Origin: Ministeria vibrans ATCC 50519
Lineage: Eukaryota > Protista > Filasterea
Direction: 5' to 3'
DNA length: 64,000 nt
Assembly (NCBI GenBank): GCA_943704425.1
Contig: CALSCP010000486.1
Coordinates: 25,474-89,473 of the forward strand
In this document: positions 53,401 to 64,000 of the stretch, one piece after another
Layout: each line of letters begins with the position of its first letter
How positions within the stretch are numbered: position 1 is the first letter of the stretch
Translations under genes and position numbers: made by a program
Notes under the pieces: model-generated
Database searches by the model: none
What the model was told of the DNA's origin: nothing
What the model saw: the letters and a program-made list of their open reading frames with translations, nothing else

Positions 53401-56392
53401 AGCGCTGCTGAAGAAGCTGACGCATGCTGAAGAAGCAACGGTGCGTCTGACTGGCGAGGCGGCAACGTCGCGTGCGCTGGCTGAGGCAGCTGCTCACGAG
53501 CACGAAGCGCTCGAAGAGTTACGACAGCTCGACAACAGTCGTGTGCGATCATTGCACGAGCGTCTTGAAGATTTGGCGGCCTTCGCAAGTGGACGTACCG
53601 AGGCTGCCGTGGTGATTGCTCGCATTGAAGCTGAGCTTGAGAGTGTGCGCGTTGAGCTGATGGATTCGCGTCGTCAGTTGAATCTTGCGCGTGCAGAAGG
53701 ATTGCGATCGGCGGCACACGAGCGGCGATTGGCCCAGCGACTCATTGAGACGGAGTTTGTTGACTGGGAACGGCGTCATGTGCATCGAGCAATGCTTCGG
53801 CGGGCGCGCAAGGAGATCTCGTTGCTGCGCTCGCAGTATGTGGGTACAGTGGCGTCGTTGGACACGCGCGAGGCACTGCGCACGCGACTTAAGTTGTGTG
53901 TGGAACGCGAAGAGCGTGCGGGTAAACTTCTTCGCGAGGCAGGCGAGCAACAGATGGCAGCGGCGGAGGCAGCGGCAGCGACAGAGCGTGAGCGTGAGCT
54001 TGTGCGTGGTCTTGTGGCGACGTTTGGTGATGGTCCTAATGCGGCGAATTTGATGGTACGTGCGACCGAATGGCATGAGCAGTCGCTGCAGGCGCAACTG
54101 GAAAATATGCGAATGCAGAGGCGTTGTGAACACCTTGCAGCGCGACTCGAGGCGTCCGAGGGTGACATGCGACGCCACGAAGAGCACATGGCGGCCTACG
54201 AGGAGCGAGTGGTACAGGCGGAGCGGGAGCGGCACGAAGAGCGTGCGGCGCACGAGCACCGTGTTCAGCAGCTTGAGAAACGTCTTGAGATACTGGAGGC
54301 ACAGCGAGCGGCTGCATTGCGTGCGGTGGTGGCAGTGGAAGACGGCGCGGAACTCGTGGGAGACAATTGTACTGTGGGGTCCTTAGACGAGGTGCTTCCC
54401 CAGCGATTGGGCATTGCACTGCAGCGCCTTGAGGAACACGCAGCTGCGTTGGCGGCCAAGACAAGTGCAATGGAGTCGTTGCAGAGTGAATTGACGCATG
54501 CGGATCAACGAAGTGCGCACGCGGAAGAGGAACTCAGTCGAGTACAGCGACAGCTCAACGAAACGAAAATTGCATTAGCACGACATGGTGCGGACGAGAC
54601 GACGGATGCTGCTGACTGGGGTGCGCAGGCGGAAAGGGAGATGCGCCGACGGTACGAAGAGCAAATGAAGCAACAGCGACGCGTGGCGCAGGACACGGTG
54701 GATGGACTGCGACAGGTGCTTGAGCGACGCGAAACAGCCATTGGACGCTACGAAGAGAAGCTCGCCGAGGCAAATGCAATGGCAGAGCAAGCAGCCAACG
54801 ACCACGAGCGAGAGGTGCGTCGATTGGAAGATCGGTTGCGTGAAGCGGAGCAAGTGGGTGCAGTGCTAGCGAGACAGAGAGTAACGGTAGTGGCCGAGCC
54901 ACAGATGAGCGCTGTCAATGACAATCATGCTGCTGCTGATGATGATGGAGAGTTGCGTGTGCTTGTGGAGCGATGTCAGAACGCGGAGCGAGCAAGTCGA
55001 CGAGCGGAGGCAGCAAGACGTACCAGTGAGCAAGAAATAGAGCGATTACGGCGACTGTTGGAGGATGGCGAGGACCAGGCGAGCGAGTTGAAGCGTCGAG
55101 TGGATGCAGCGGAGCGAGAGAGCGCTGTGGTGCGGGCACGGGAACGACGCAACAAGAAGTCGCGTGGCGGCGATGAAGAGATGAGAGCACGGCTGGAAGA
55201 GAGGGAGCGTCAGGTGGAGGAATTGGCAAAAACTGTGAGGCGGTTGCACGAGCAGCAGCAGGAGCAGCATCAAAAGGACGAGCGACGAATGCAAGTGGAG
55301 GAGGAGGAAGAAGAAGAGGAGGAGCGTCGTAATAAGAGGGGGAAGAAAAATGCGACGAATGCGACGAGTGTTGCTCGATGTGGGGCATTGGAGAGTGAGC
55401 TTGAGGCTCTTCAAGCGCGCGTAGAGCGCATTAACGAAGACTGTTCACGCGCCAAAGGGCGTGAGAAAACAATGTTGCGCGAGCTGGAAAGAGTGGGTGG
55501 CGAAAGAGATGAGTTAAAGCAACGTGTGGAGGAGTTGAGTGCCGCGGAGCGACGCGAGAAGACAGCTGAAGTGGGCGCGCCGACCACGGAGGAACAAGTG
55601 CGCAAGAAGAACCGCGAGCTACGACGGGCGCACGACCAGCTGGCAGGGGTTCGACAAGAGTTGGAGGAGGAACGTGGAGCAAGCGAGGCACTTCGACAGC
55701 GAGTTGGGTCGTTGGGAGACACTGTGCGACGCCTCGAGAGGGAGAAGGACCGACTTGGGGGACAGGTGCGGCAGCTTGAACGTGCAGCGGCCCAGGCCGC
55801 AGCAGCAGCCGACGGTCCTACCAAGGGAAAGAATCGTGCGGCATTGATGAAAGCGGATGTCAATGAGGAGAAGGTCCGGAGCGCAGACGGGCGATTGCGT
55901 GCGGATGTGCTGCGACTGAGACGAGAGTTAGGGGATGCACGAGAGGAAGCACGAGCGGCCAATGAGAAAGTTAGCAACGTGCAGGTGGAACTGGAGCGGG
56001 AGCGAGAGCGGGGCAGGAAAGCAATGGAGACGGTTGCAAAGCTGCGGGTGAAAGCGAGTGGGGCGGAGGCACAGCGGAAGCAGAAGGAGCAGCTTGAGAG
56101 TGAACAAACATCGTCGCGTCAGTTCCAACAGCGGTGTTTGGAGCTGGAAAGGCAGTTGCGGGACCGGGAGGAGCGTACAGTGGCGCTAGAAGGATTAGTA
56201 AAGCGACTGCAGACGCGGGCAGAGGATGGCTCTGATTATGCCGTGTTGATTCGGGAGAATGCGCGTCTCAAGAGTGAGCTTGACGCGTTTTCACCGGAAT
56301 TTTTTGCTGAGCTGGAACAACTCAAGGTGAACTGCCGATTGGCCGTGGAAAAGAACCGCGAGTACGAAAGACGGTTGGAAAATCGAGTGTAA
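50456..56392 (+). CDS. CEP290: CEP290-like ciliary transition-zone coiled-coil protein
   Basis: About 1,900-aa coiled coil with islands resembling CEP290: YEKSTFGLYEAMQEIK, LGLTTEDL, LIVNETQLRVRY, LDAFSPEFFAELEQLKVN; first exon MAIDWDQV. Confidence 0.85.
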
Positions 56393-56567
56393 CAAATGAA
56401 AAACGTATTATTATAATTTTGTTGTCGTCGTTGTTGTTGTATGAAACACACACTCACACGAAGCGAAAAAACAGAGGAAGGAGAGAAAGTGATAAAGAGA
56501 GAGAGAGGAGGGAAAAAGAAACAAAGTGATAAAGAGAGAGAGAGAGAGAGGAAGCGAATGGTAGAGA

Positions 56568-57105
56568 CTACTTTCCGTTGATCTTGGCGTACATCTCGGC
56601 AATCTGAGCAGCATAATGCTTCTTAGCGTCCTGTCGCTTGAGCTTGAAGGTGGGTGTCAGCAGATCGTTCTCGACGGAGAAGAGAGTGCTTTCCAGGTGG
56701 AATTCGGCGATCTTTTCAAACCCTTTGAGTTTGCTCTGGGTTGCACACTCGTTGATGGACTGTGCAATGAGTTCCTTGACTTTGGGATTCCGCACGACGG
56801 ACGCAAAGTCAGTCGCGGCAACACCGTTGGCATCGCACCATGGCTTGAGCGTTTCCTCGTCCGGCACAATAACACCCACCAGTTTGGCCTCAAGCGAATC
56901 TCCATGTACATACGCCTAAAAGAGAGAGGCAGTGAGCGAGAAAGAAAGAGGATGCAAATACACACTGTGCTCTTACCTGTGCAACGTACGGACTCTTCTG
57001 GTAGACCAGTTCAATTTTCTCAGGAGCAACGTACTCTCCTTGAGCAAGTTTGAAGATGTTCTAAAGACACAAGTGAAAAGTATTCAGAGTCAAATCGAGT
57101 AGCAA

Positions 57106-57168
<63 letters not shown>

Positions 57169-57460
57169 CGAAAGTGAGTAAAAAGGATACCTTTTTGCGG
57201 TCGATGATCTTGAGAGTTCCGTCAGGCTGCCACTGACCAATGTCGCCCGAGTGAAGCCATCCGTCTGCATCAAGTGCCTCGGCGGTCTTCTCGGGCATTT
57301 TGAGATACCCAATGAAGATATTGGGGCCACGGAAGCAGATCTGAGAGAAAGGGGGAGAGTCGAGAGTCAGAGAAAGGAAGAGACAAAAAAAAAGAGAAGA
57401 GGGAGAAAGAAACAAAGTAATAGAGAGAGAGAGAAAGGAGGGAGAAAGAAACAAAGTAAT

Positions 57461-57541
<81 letters not shown>

Positions 57542-59169
57542 GGAGAAAGAACAAAGTGATAGAGAGCGAGAGAGATAAGAGGAGAAAGAAACAAAGTGAT
57601 AGAGAGAGAGAGATGCACTCATAGCGACTTGATGAGATTCCAATACCTCCCCTTGTTCTGGTGTAGACGCGCTTGTGTAGTTCATCTCTGGAACATCAAC
57701 CAGTTTGATTTCGTTGCAGGGGAATGGCGCGCCAACGTGGTTCACAGAGTAGTCGCCCATAAGACCTGCAAAGTGACAATAGAAAGAGTAAGACAGCGAG
57801 TAAATAAGTGTGCTTAGTGTGTACTTAGAGTGGACCCAGCACTGGTCTCAGTCTGTCCGTATCCCTCGAAGACCTAAAATGGGTAAACAAACGATTAAAA
57901 ATGTCACCAAGAATGAGAGAAAAAGAATGATAAGACAAGCAAACAGTGGAAAAAGTGCGTGGGTGTTAGTGCTTTGTGAGCACTAAGCGTGATAATTGTG
58001 TAATGCGTTGTACTAAGTATCTTTCGTGTACTAAAAATGTATGCTTTTGTTTTTTTTTTTTAAAAAAACGTACCTCACAGCCAAAGACGACACGCAGAAA
58101 CTGAATAACGTCGCCTGAGATGGGAGCAGCGCCCGTCACCATGGCGCGCACGCGGCCACCGAGACGCGCCTTCATCTTCTTGAACACTAGTGTGTCGTAT
58201 AGGAAATGGCTCAGTGTCCCTTTTGTGACCATGTTGTGTTTCTATCGTGAATATGTTCAGTGAAACATCTCTTTTGCTCGAAGTGAGATATATTATACCT
58301 TTTTGGCAAGTGCCTTCTCAACAAGATTGCGTTTTCCCTCGGGGAGGGCAGCGACAGTGGCGAGGATTTTGTCGTAGATACGGTTGAAGAGACGCGGGAC
58401 ACTGGGGAAAATGGTGGGACGGAGCACAGCAAGGTCCTCCGTCAGCTTCAGGACGTTGCCCTAGTAGAGGGGAGGCAAAAGAGTGAGTGATGTGTTTGGT
58501 AACAAGAGCAATCAGTGCGCGAGTAACAATGAGTGAGGGCATCATTCGCACGTGGGTGCGCACACTTGTGAAGTGAGTGCGGACAGCAAGTGCGTACTTG
58601 ATAGAATCCAATGCGGGCGCCGGCGGCAAGAATGCCATTAGCAATGAGGCGCTCAAAGACGTGCGCCAAGGGAAGGTACGAGCAGTGGCAGTCCTGGACA
58701 AAAACGCGTACATGCACAAAGACAAAAGAGAGTTAGGCATGCGACAAAAACGCTGAAGAGGTAGGTTACACGCGTACCTTTGATGTGATTTGGTAGAATT
58801 TTTTGTTCTCTGCAAGAAGCTGCATGGCGGAGATGTCAGCAACAAGATTGCCGTGGGTGAGGACAGCGCCTTTGGGAACACCAGTAGTGCCGGAGGTGTA
58901 GCAGATGGTGGCGACGTCAGCGGGCTGCGAGATGGTCGCCAATAGTAAGAGGGTTAGGGTAAGTGTATAGGGGGTTAAGAGGCGAGACTTGCCTTGGGGG
59001 GCACATGAGGCTTGCGGTTGGCCTCGCCGAGAATTTCAAGGGCGCCCAGGGTGTGTGCTTGAATGTTGCACTCGGCACAAAGTGCTTTGATCTCAGCGGG
59101 GACTTCGCTCACGTCACACAACACAATGTGTTTAATGTTCAGCGCACTCTTGGGCAGGACCTATCACAG

Positions 59170-59245
<76 letters not shown>

Positions 59246-59969
59246 AAAACCAAAGTGATAGAGAGAGAAAGAGAGAAAGAAAAGGTATAGAGAGAAATTG
59301 ATAGAGAGAGAGAAAGAAACAAAGTGGTCAGAACTGTGTTTCTTGTTTGCAATAGTATGTATGTATGTGTGTGTGGGTGTGGGGTATGAGTATAAGTATG
59401 ATATGCTACCTTTTTGACGACGGCGGCCTCGCAGACAAGCACACGCAGCTCCGTCTGTTGGACGATGTGGTCTGTAGCCTCTTCGCCCAGCGTGTCGTAC
59501 AGTGTCACGAGCGACAGGGAGTACGCATAGCACGCCTGACAAGATCATACACACGTACGTAATTGGTATCAGACCAGCACTGAGACCTCGTAAGTAAAGT
59601 CTGTACCTGCTCAGTGATGATCCATTCTGCGCTGTTCTTTGCGAAAATGCCAACGTAATCGCCGGGCGAGAGGCCAAGACCGACAAAGGCCGAGCCCACG
59701 TTGGTCATGCGCATCTGCACTGTGGCGTACGTGTCCCAGATGTACTTGCCGTACGCTTCGCCGACTTTCTCGCGGGTGCCCAGGCACGGGCGGTCTGTGC
59801 TGAGACGCACACCCCGCACAAACATGTCGTACATGGTCGCTACGCCCGTAAAGTGCTGTGCAACAAGCGGACCATTCTTCACAAGCTGGCTGCGACGTGC
59901 GAGTCCTTCACCAGGAATCTTGCCGCTGTTGACGTTAACATGTTAATGTGTGTGTGTGTGTGTGTGTGA

Positions 59970-60065
<96 letters not shown>

Positions 60066-60084
60066 CAAAGTGATAGAGAGAGAG

Positions 60085-60115
<31 letters not shown>

Positions 60116-60662
60116 AACAAAGTGATAGAGAGAAAAACAAAGTGATAGTCAGTTGGAATTGCGACACATTGAATGAAGGTCGCAAGCACCCATTGAGGGC
60201 AGGGAGCAGGTAGACGGAGGCAAGGTGCGCTCATGGGATGGGAGTTTGGAAAAAAACGCAAAAAAAAGGGAATTGTGTTTGTCAGAGGTTGATTCGTCGA
60301 CGAATGAAGACACGGGTGGACGCAGGACGCTAATGAAGACTGGCAAAAGGGGATCGGGGTGGAGAGAGAGAGCGGGAGAGCGTTGAGAAAGCGTCACGAA
60401 CACAATAGGGATTGAGAGAAATGAGATGTTTTTGATATGGAAAAAAAGAGAAGGAGAGGCCCGAATCTGGGCAAAGCGCCTCGGAATGGCATCGAGGAAG
60501 GCTGGTAGCCGGCCAAGGTGTGTGTGCGAGGGGCGAATGGGGTGGGGTTCCGTACGTTTCGACGACATAGCTTTTGAGTTGATCAGTGGTTGCGGGTGCT
60601 GCGCGCGTGTGGGGCGCGATCTGGTTGCCCAGTCCACCTCCATCGAGGATAGCATTGCTCAT
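56568..60662 (-). CDS. Long-chain fatty acyl-CoA synthetase (ACSL family)
   Basis: [87 protein letters not shown]. Confidence 0.93.
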
Positions 60663-60795
60663 CGTGTAGGATATGTATTATGTGTATCTGAAGCAAAAAA
60701 CGATAGTGTTTTAAGCCTTTTATTTACTTCCGATCACTCACCGCACACTCACCGCACTCACTCACTCTCTCCCTCTCCTATTATGACGTATTCAA

Positions 60796-62001
60796 TTATA
60801 GGCTGTTGTATAGGTTTACAATGTCTTGTACAGCATTGGCATGGGTGGCCATTGTCTCGGGCTCCATGCCAAAGCGTTCGTAGTGGTGTACAAAGGCACG
60901 CGCAGCAAGCTTTGCTTGAGCATCCGCAACGAGCGGTTGGAGGAGCGAGACGATTTGAGACGAGTTGGAACAGAGAGTAAGGCTGCCAGTGACTGTTTTC
61001 GATTCCTTAAGGGGTGCCAGAGCATACTGGGTGACAAGCGGTTCGGCCCAGGAGGTAAAGTTTAGGGCCTTTTCAATGCGACACGAGATGTCATGGTGGG
61101 CAGTGAGAAAGGCAGCGGAGTGACCACGGACTGTGAGTTGTGCGGCCAGCGAGGCTGTTGGACGTGTGTAGAGGCGTAGCAGGGAGGTGGTCGTATCGGA
61201 CCAGGAGCGGGCGTCAGAGGGAGTCCCTACTCTTCGATGCGCTGTTCGCGTGTCGATGAATTTGAAGTTGGGCGAGGGAACGAGCGTAACGAGGCTGTCC
61301 CAGCGTGAGGAGGTCGTCAGCAAAGGATCTTCGTTCCACAAGTTGATGGGGAGCAGGACGTTGCGCAGGCGCAGTGCTAGGGTGTCGTTGAGATGGGCAA
61401 CGGTCGTCGTTGAGGGAGACGCACTAAGACGGGACGAGGACTGGTGGGTGCGGAGAAGCTCGTCGTTGGAGAAGTAGTAGATTGAATCGGCCAGGGCAGC
61501 CACGTGGGCCACCGACAGCACCGTGTTGTACGCTTGGAGCGGTGTTTCGCCACCGTGAAAAGCGGCAATTGACACGCACGCAAGAAGCACCGAAGGGAAG
61601 GCATCTCGAAGCTCCTGCGCAATGCGGGCACCCAGGCCAGCTCCAGTGCCCCCCGCAAGGCTGTGTGCCATGAGAATATCAGCGTGGTCATCGAGCCGTT
61701 CCAACGTACGACGGACAAGTTCGCACGTTTTGCTTGCCGTCGCTGTATCAGCAAACCCCATCGCGAAATTGGCGCCCTTTCCCGCGCGTCCTCTCACAAT
61801 GTGATCTTCTGTGTACATGGCGGCAACGGGGCATCGCGAGCGTCGTGTTAGTGCCTCAAGAACTTTACGTTCTGAGTCGACCAGAATGCAATTGGAAACG
61901 CACTCCTCCGCAAACACTGGGCTCTGATCGTGCGTCAGCCGCCACACCGCATCCATCACCTGGTTACCGCATTGTCCTATTTGAAGAGTTACAGTAGGCA
62001 T
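60796..62001 (-). CDS. Divergent centriolar tubulin, more like zeta than delta; intronless
   Basis: LQIGQCGNQV, ILVDSERKV, HSLAGGTGAGLG, GETPLQAYNTVLS, ARAFVHHYERFG. Confidence 0.85.
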   Translation of the reverse strand: MPTVTLQIGQCGNQVMDAVWRLTHDQSPVFAEECVSNCILVDSERKVLEALTRRSRCPVAAMYTEDHIVRGRAGKGANFAMGFADTATASKTCELVRRTLERLDDHADILMAHSLAGGTGAGLGARIAQELRDAFPSVLLACVSIAAFHGGETPLQAYNTVLSVAHVAALADSIYYFSNDELLRTHQSSSRLSASPSTTTVAHLNDTLALRLRNVLLPINLWNEDPLLTTSSRWDSLVTLVPSPNFKFIDTRTAHRRVGTPSDARSWSDTTTSLLRLYTRPTASLAAQLTVRGHSAAFLTAHHDISCRIEKALNFTSWAEPLVTQYALAPLKESKTVTGSLTLCSNSSQIVSLLQPLVADAQAKLAARAFVHHYERFGMEPETMATHANAVQDIVNLYNSL

Positions 62002-62199
62002 ACAAGTAAATAATTGGTTAATTTGGTTAATTTACTCTCTGATTACAGATTAGGGGAAGGAGTTTACTTGCAACGATGAGTCAGTCCTAAAAATGAGTAC
62101 TTTGTCTGTCTCAACTCACGCCTGAGCCTTTTGCTTGTTTTTAGTTCTCGAGGTAGGGTTTGCAAAATGATAACAAATGACAAGTTGAGGCGGATGCTT

Positions 62200-63012
62200 T
62201 CATTTTGATGCATAGCCGGCGATGTGTGGGCGAATGATGGCTAGGAAGAATGGAACCTTTGCGTCAAAGGACTCGGCCTGGACCGACGTGAAACCAGCTG
62301 CATTGATGAGTTGCAGTGTGGTGCGGTCTGGCTCGCACCCATCGCCGACCCAGGCCCACGGCGCCTTGATTGCCGTCTGGAGGGAGCGCAGTGGGCTCTC
62401 TTTGGGCTCAGCTGCGACGTGTTCGATGAAGTAGAAGCGTCCGTTGGGTTTGAGCACACGGACAACCTCCTTGAGTGCGCGAGGGACGTCGGCAACCGAG
62501 CAGAGCACGAGCGTCGAGACGACCACGTCGACCGAGGCGTCTTCGAAGGGCAGTGCCTCAGCAGAGCCCTCGACAAGCTTGTCCAAACTCAGGTGGTCGT
62601 GCTTGGCAATCTCGTCGACGAGGTACTGCTCCATGAACGGGTTAGGCTCTACTCCAATCACGCGGGCGCCTTTCGGGTAGAACTGAGAGAGAGAAAGAGA
62701 GAGTGAGTGTGTGTCTGTGAGTGGATTGATCAGTGAGTGTGTGTGAGTCGTGTGCACTACCTTGAAATTCGCACCAGTGCCAATGCCAATCTCCACAATG
62801 GTGGAGTTCTCAGGGATCGTAGAGAAGAGGTCCTGTTTGCGCGTGAGCTGGCCCATTCCCATTGAGAGTTTCTGCATCACAAAGGCAAAGCTGCGCTTTC
62901 TTTGGACATCCACAGACGCCCGAAACGACGGCACGGTGTTGTACGCAAGTGGCAGTGCAATAGACAGACACGCCACCGCGAGAGCAGCGCGACCAAGAAA
63001 CTTGACAAGCAT
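62200..63012 (-). CDS. METTL7/TMT1-like SAM-dependent methyltransferase with N-terminal membrane anchor
   Basis: IVEIGIGTGANF, GVEPNPFM, SVDVVVSTLVLCSV, VLKPNGRFYFIEHV, DGC; in-frame intron at about 62686-62760. Confidence 0.88.
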   Translation of the reverse strand: MLVKFLGRAALAVACLSIALPLAYNTVPSFRASVDVQRKRSFAFVMQKLSMGMGQLTRKQDLFSTIPENSTIVEIGIGTGANFKVVHTTHTHSLINPLTDTHSLSLSLSQFYPKGARVIGVEPNPFMEQYLVDEIAKHDHLSLDKLVEGSAEALPFEDASVDVVVSTLVLCSVADVPRALKEVVRVLKPNGRFYFIEHVAAEPKESPLRSLQTAIKAPWAWVGDGCEPDRTTLQLINAAGFTSVQAESFDAKVPFFLAIIRPHIAGYASK

Positions 63013-63048
63013 TGAATAAAAATCTAATCATTTCAATTTCGTTTCGTG

Positions 63049-63890
63049 ATGGGTCTCTGTCGGAAAATTGTGAGCGTCTCGGTGGTTTTCCTTGCGATTT
63101 GGCTTTGGAATGACACGTCTGGATTTGGCCATGTGTATTTCGATGCGAGTATGGCGTGCGTTGTGCGTGTTTTGGGTTGTTGACGTGTGGTTTTGTGGTG
63201 TGCGCTCGCGTGCAGGTTCGTTGGGTGGAAAGCGCGTTGTGGTGTGCGGCGCCAGCGACGGAATTGGGGCAGAGATGGCGAAGCACTATGCATCAGGCGG
63301 TGCGCATGTTGTGATTGCGGCGCGCACACGTTCAAAGTTGGAGAAGGTACAAAGGGAGAGAGAGAGAGAGAGAGAGAGAAGAGAGAGATGGTCTCGGCGT
63401 GCGCGTTTCGTTGATGCGCTGTTTGCGCTCTCAATAGGTCGCCGCCGAGTGCGCAGCGCTTGGAGCCGCGTCCATCAACATTGTTGCAGTTGATGTTGGC
63501 AGCGAGGCGGGGTGCGAGGAGCTCATTCGCGCGTCTGTAGAGCATCTTGGAGGCGACATTGACATCTTCGCTCTGATGCACGTCAAGCATTGGTTCAAGG
63601 CGCTCCAAGATGTGTACCTCCACTCAAATATGCACCCTCTCTCCCCTTCCTAGCCCCTAACCACAGCCTCCTGTTGCTTTTTGCAGTGGATCCTTTGCGG
63701 AAATCAAAGAGTCGCTGACCATCAACCTGTTCAGCTATCTCTACTTGGCCCGTCTCGTTCTGCCTCTGCTCAAACAGTCGCGCGGGAATCTCATTGTGTC
63801 GACCAGTTTTGCCGGCAAGTCCGGCATCCCCTATGTTGCTCCTTACTCGGCAGCTAAGCACGCAATGCACGGGTACTTTGAGAGTCTCAG
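63049..63890 (+). CDS. Short-chain dehydrogenase/reductase, 11beta-HSD1-like (continues beyond window)
   Basis: N-terminal anchor MGLCRKIVSVSVVFLAIWLW, KRVVVCGASDGIGAEMAKHYA, INLFSYL, catalytic YSAAKHAMHGYFESLR. Confidence 0.85.
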
Positions 63891-63911
63891 GTACACGCAC
63901 GCACACCGAGT

Positions 63912-64000
<89 letters not shown>

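Overview
Gene-dense eukaryotic DNA with short spliceosomal introns, abundant (AG)n/(AC)n/(AAT)n microsatellites and three small N-gaps. It probably comes from a flagellated unicellular eukaryote: CEP290 and a zeta/delta-type tubulin are present, and an SH3 plus Tyr-motif receptor and NZF-bearing NPL4 would fit a holozoan-like protist, but taxonomy cannot be fixed from this window. About 21 genes can be reconstructed by hand-splicing, mostly housekeeping: UMP-CMP kinase, SMP-30, SLC25A39/40, eIF2A, HMG-CoA synthase, OCA6-like phosphatase, ALDH3, THUMPD1, CWC27, DUSP11-like, NPL4, TBC1D22, SF3B4, CEP290, ACSL, tubulin, METTL7-like and an 11beta-HSD-like SDR. Two architectures stand out. (1) A roughly 2,800-aa receptor-like type I membrane protein with at least 14 tandem Cu-only SOD domains, a TM helix, a Cys cluster, cytoplasmic Tyr motifs, an SH3 domain and a Pro-rich tail (19504-29035). 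(2) A cyclic-nucleotide phosphodiesterase fused in frame to a ciliate/apicomplexan-type ion-channel-adenylyl-cyclase module whose catalytic Asp residues and most S4 arginines are lost (35121-40091). Also seen: a probable CH-CH/Ig/coiled-coil/membrane-anchored actin linker, a family of poly(A)-tailed retroposon 3' ends, a 5-nt micro-exon, a GC-AG intron, and signs that 31061-40200 may be mis-joined inside an ALDH gene. All family calls come from motif recognition by eye, not database searches.
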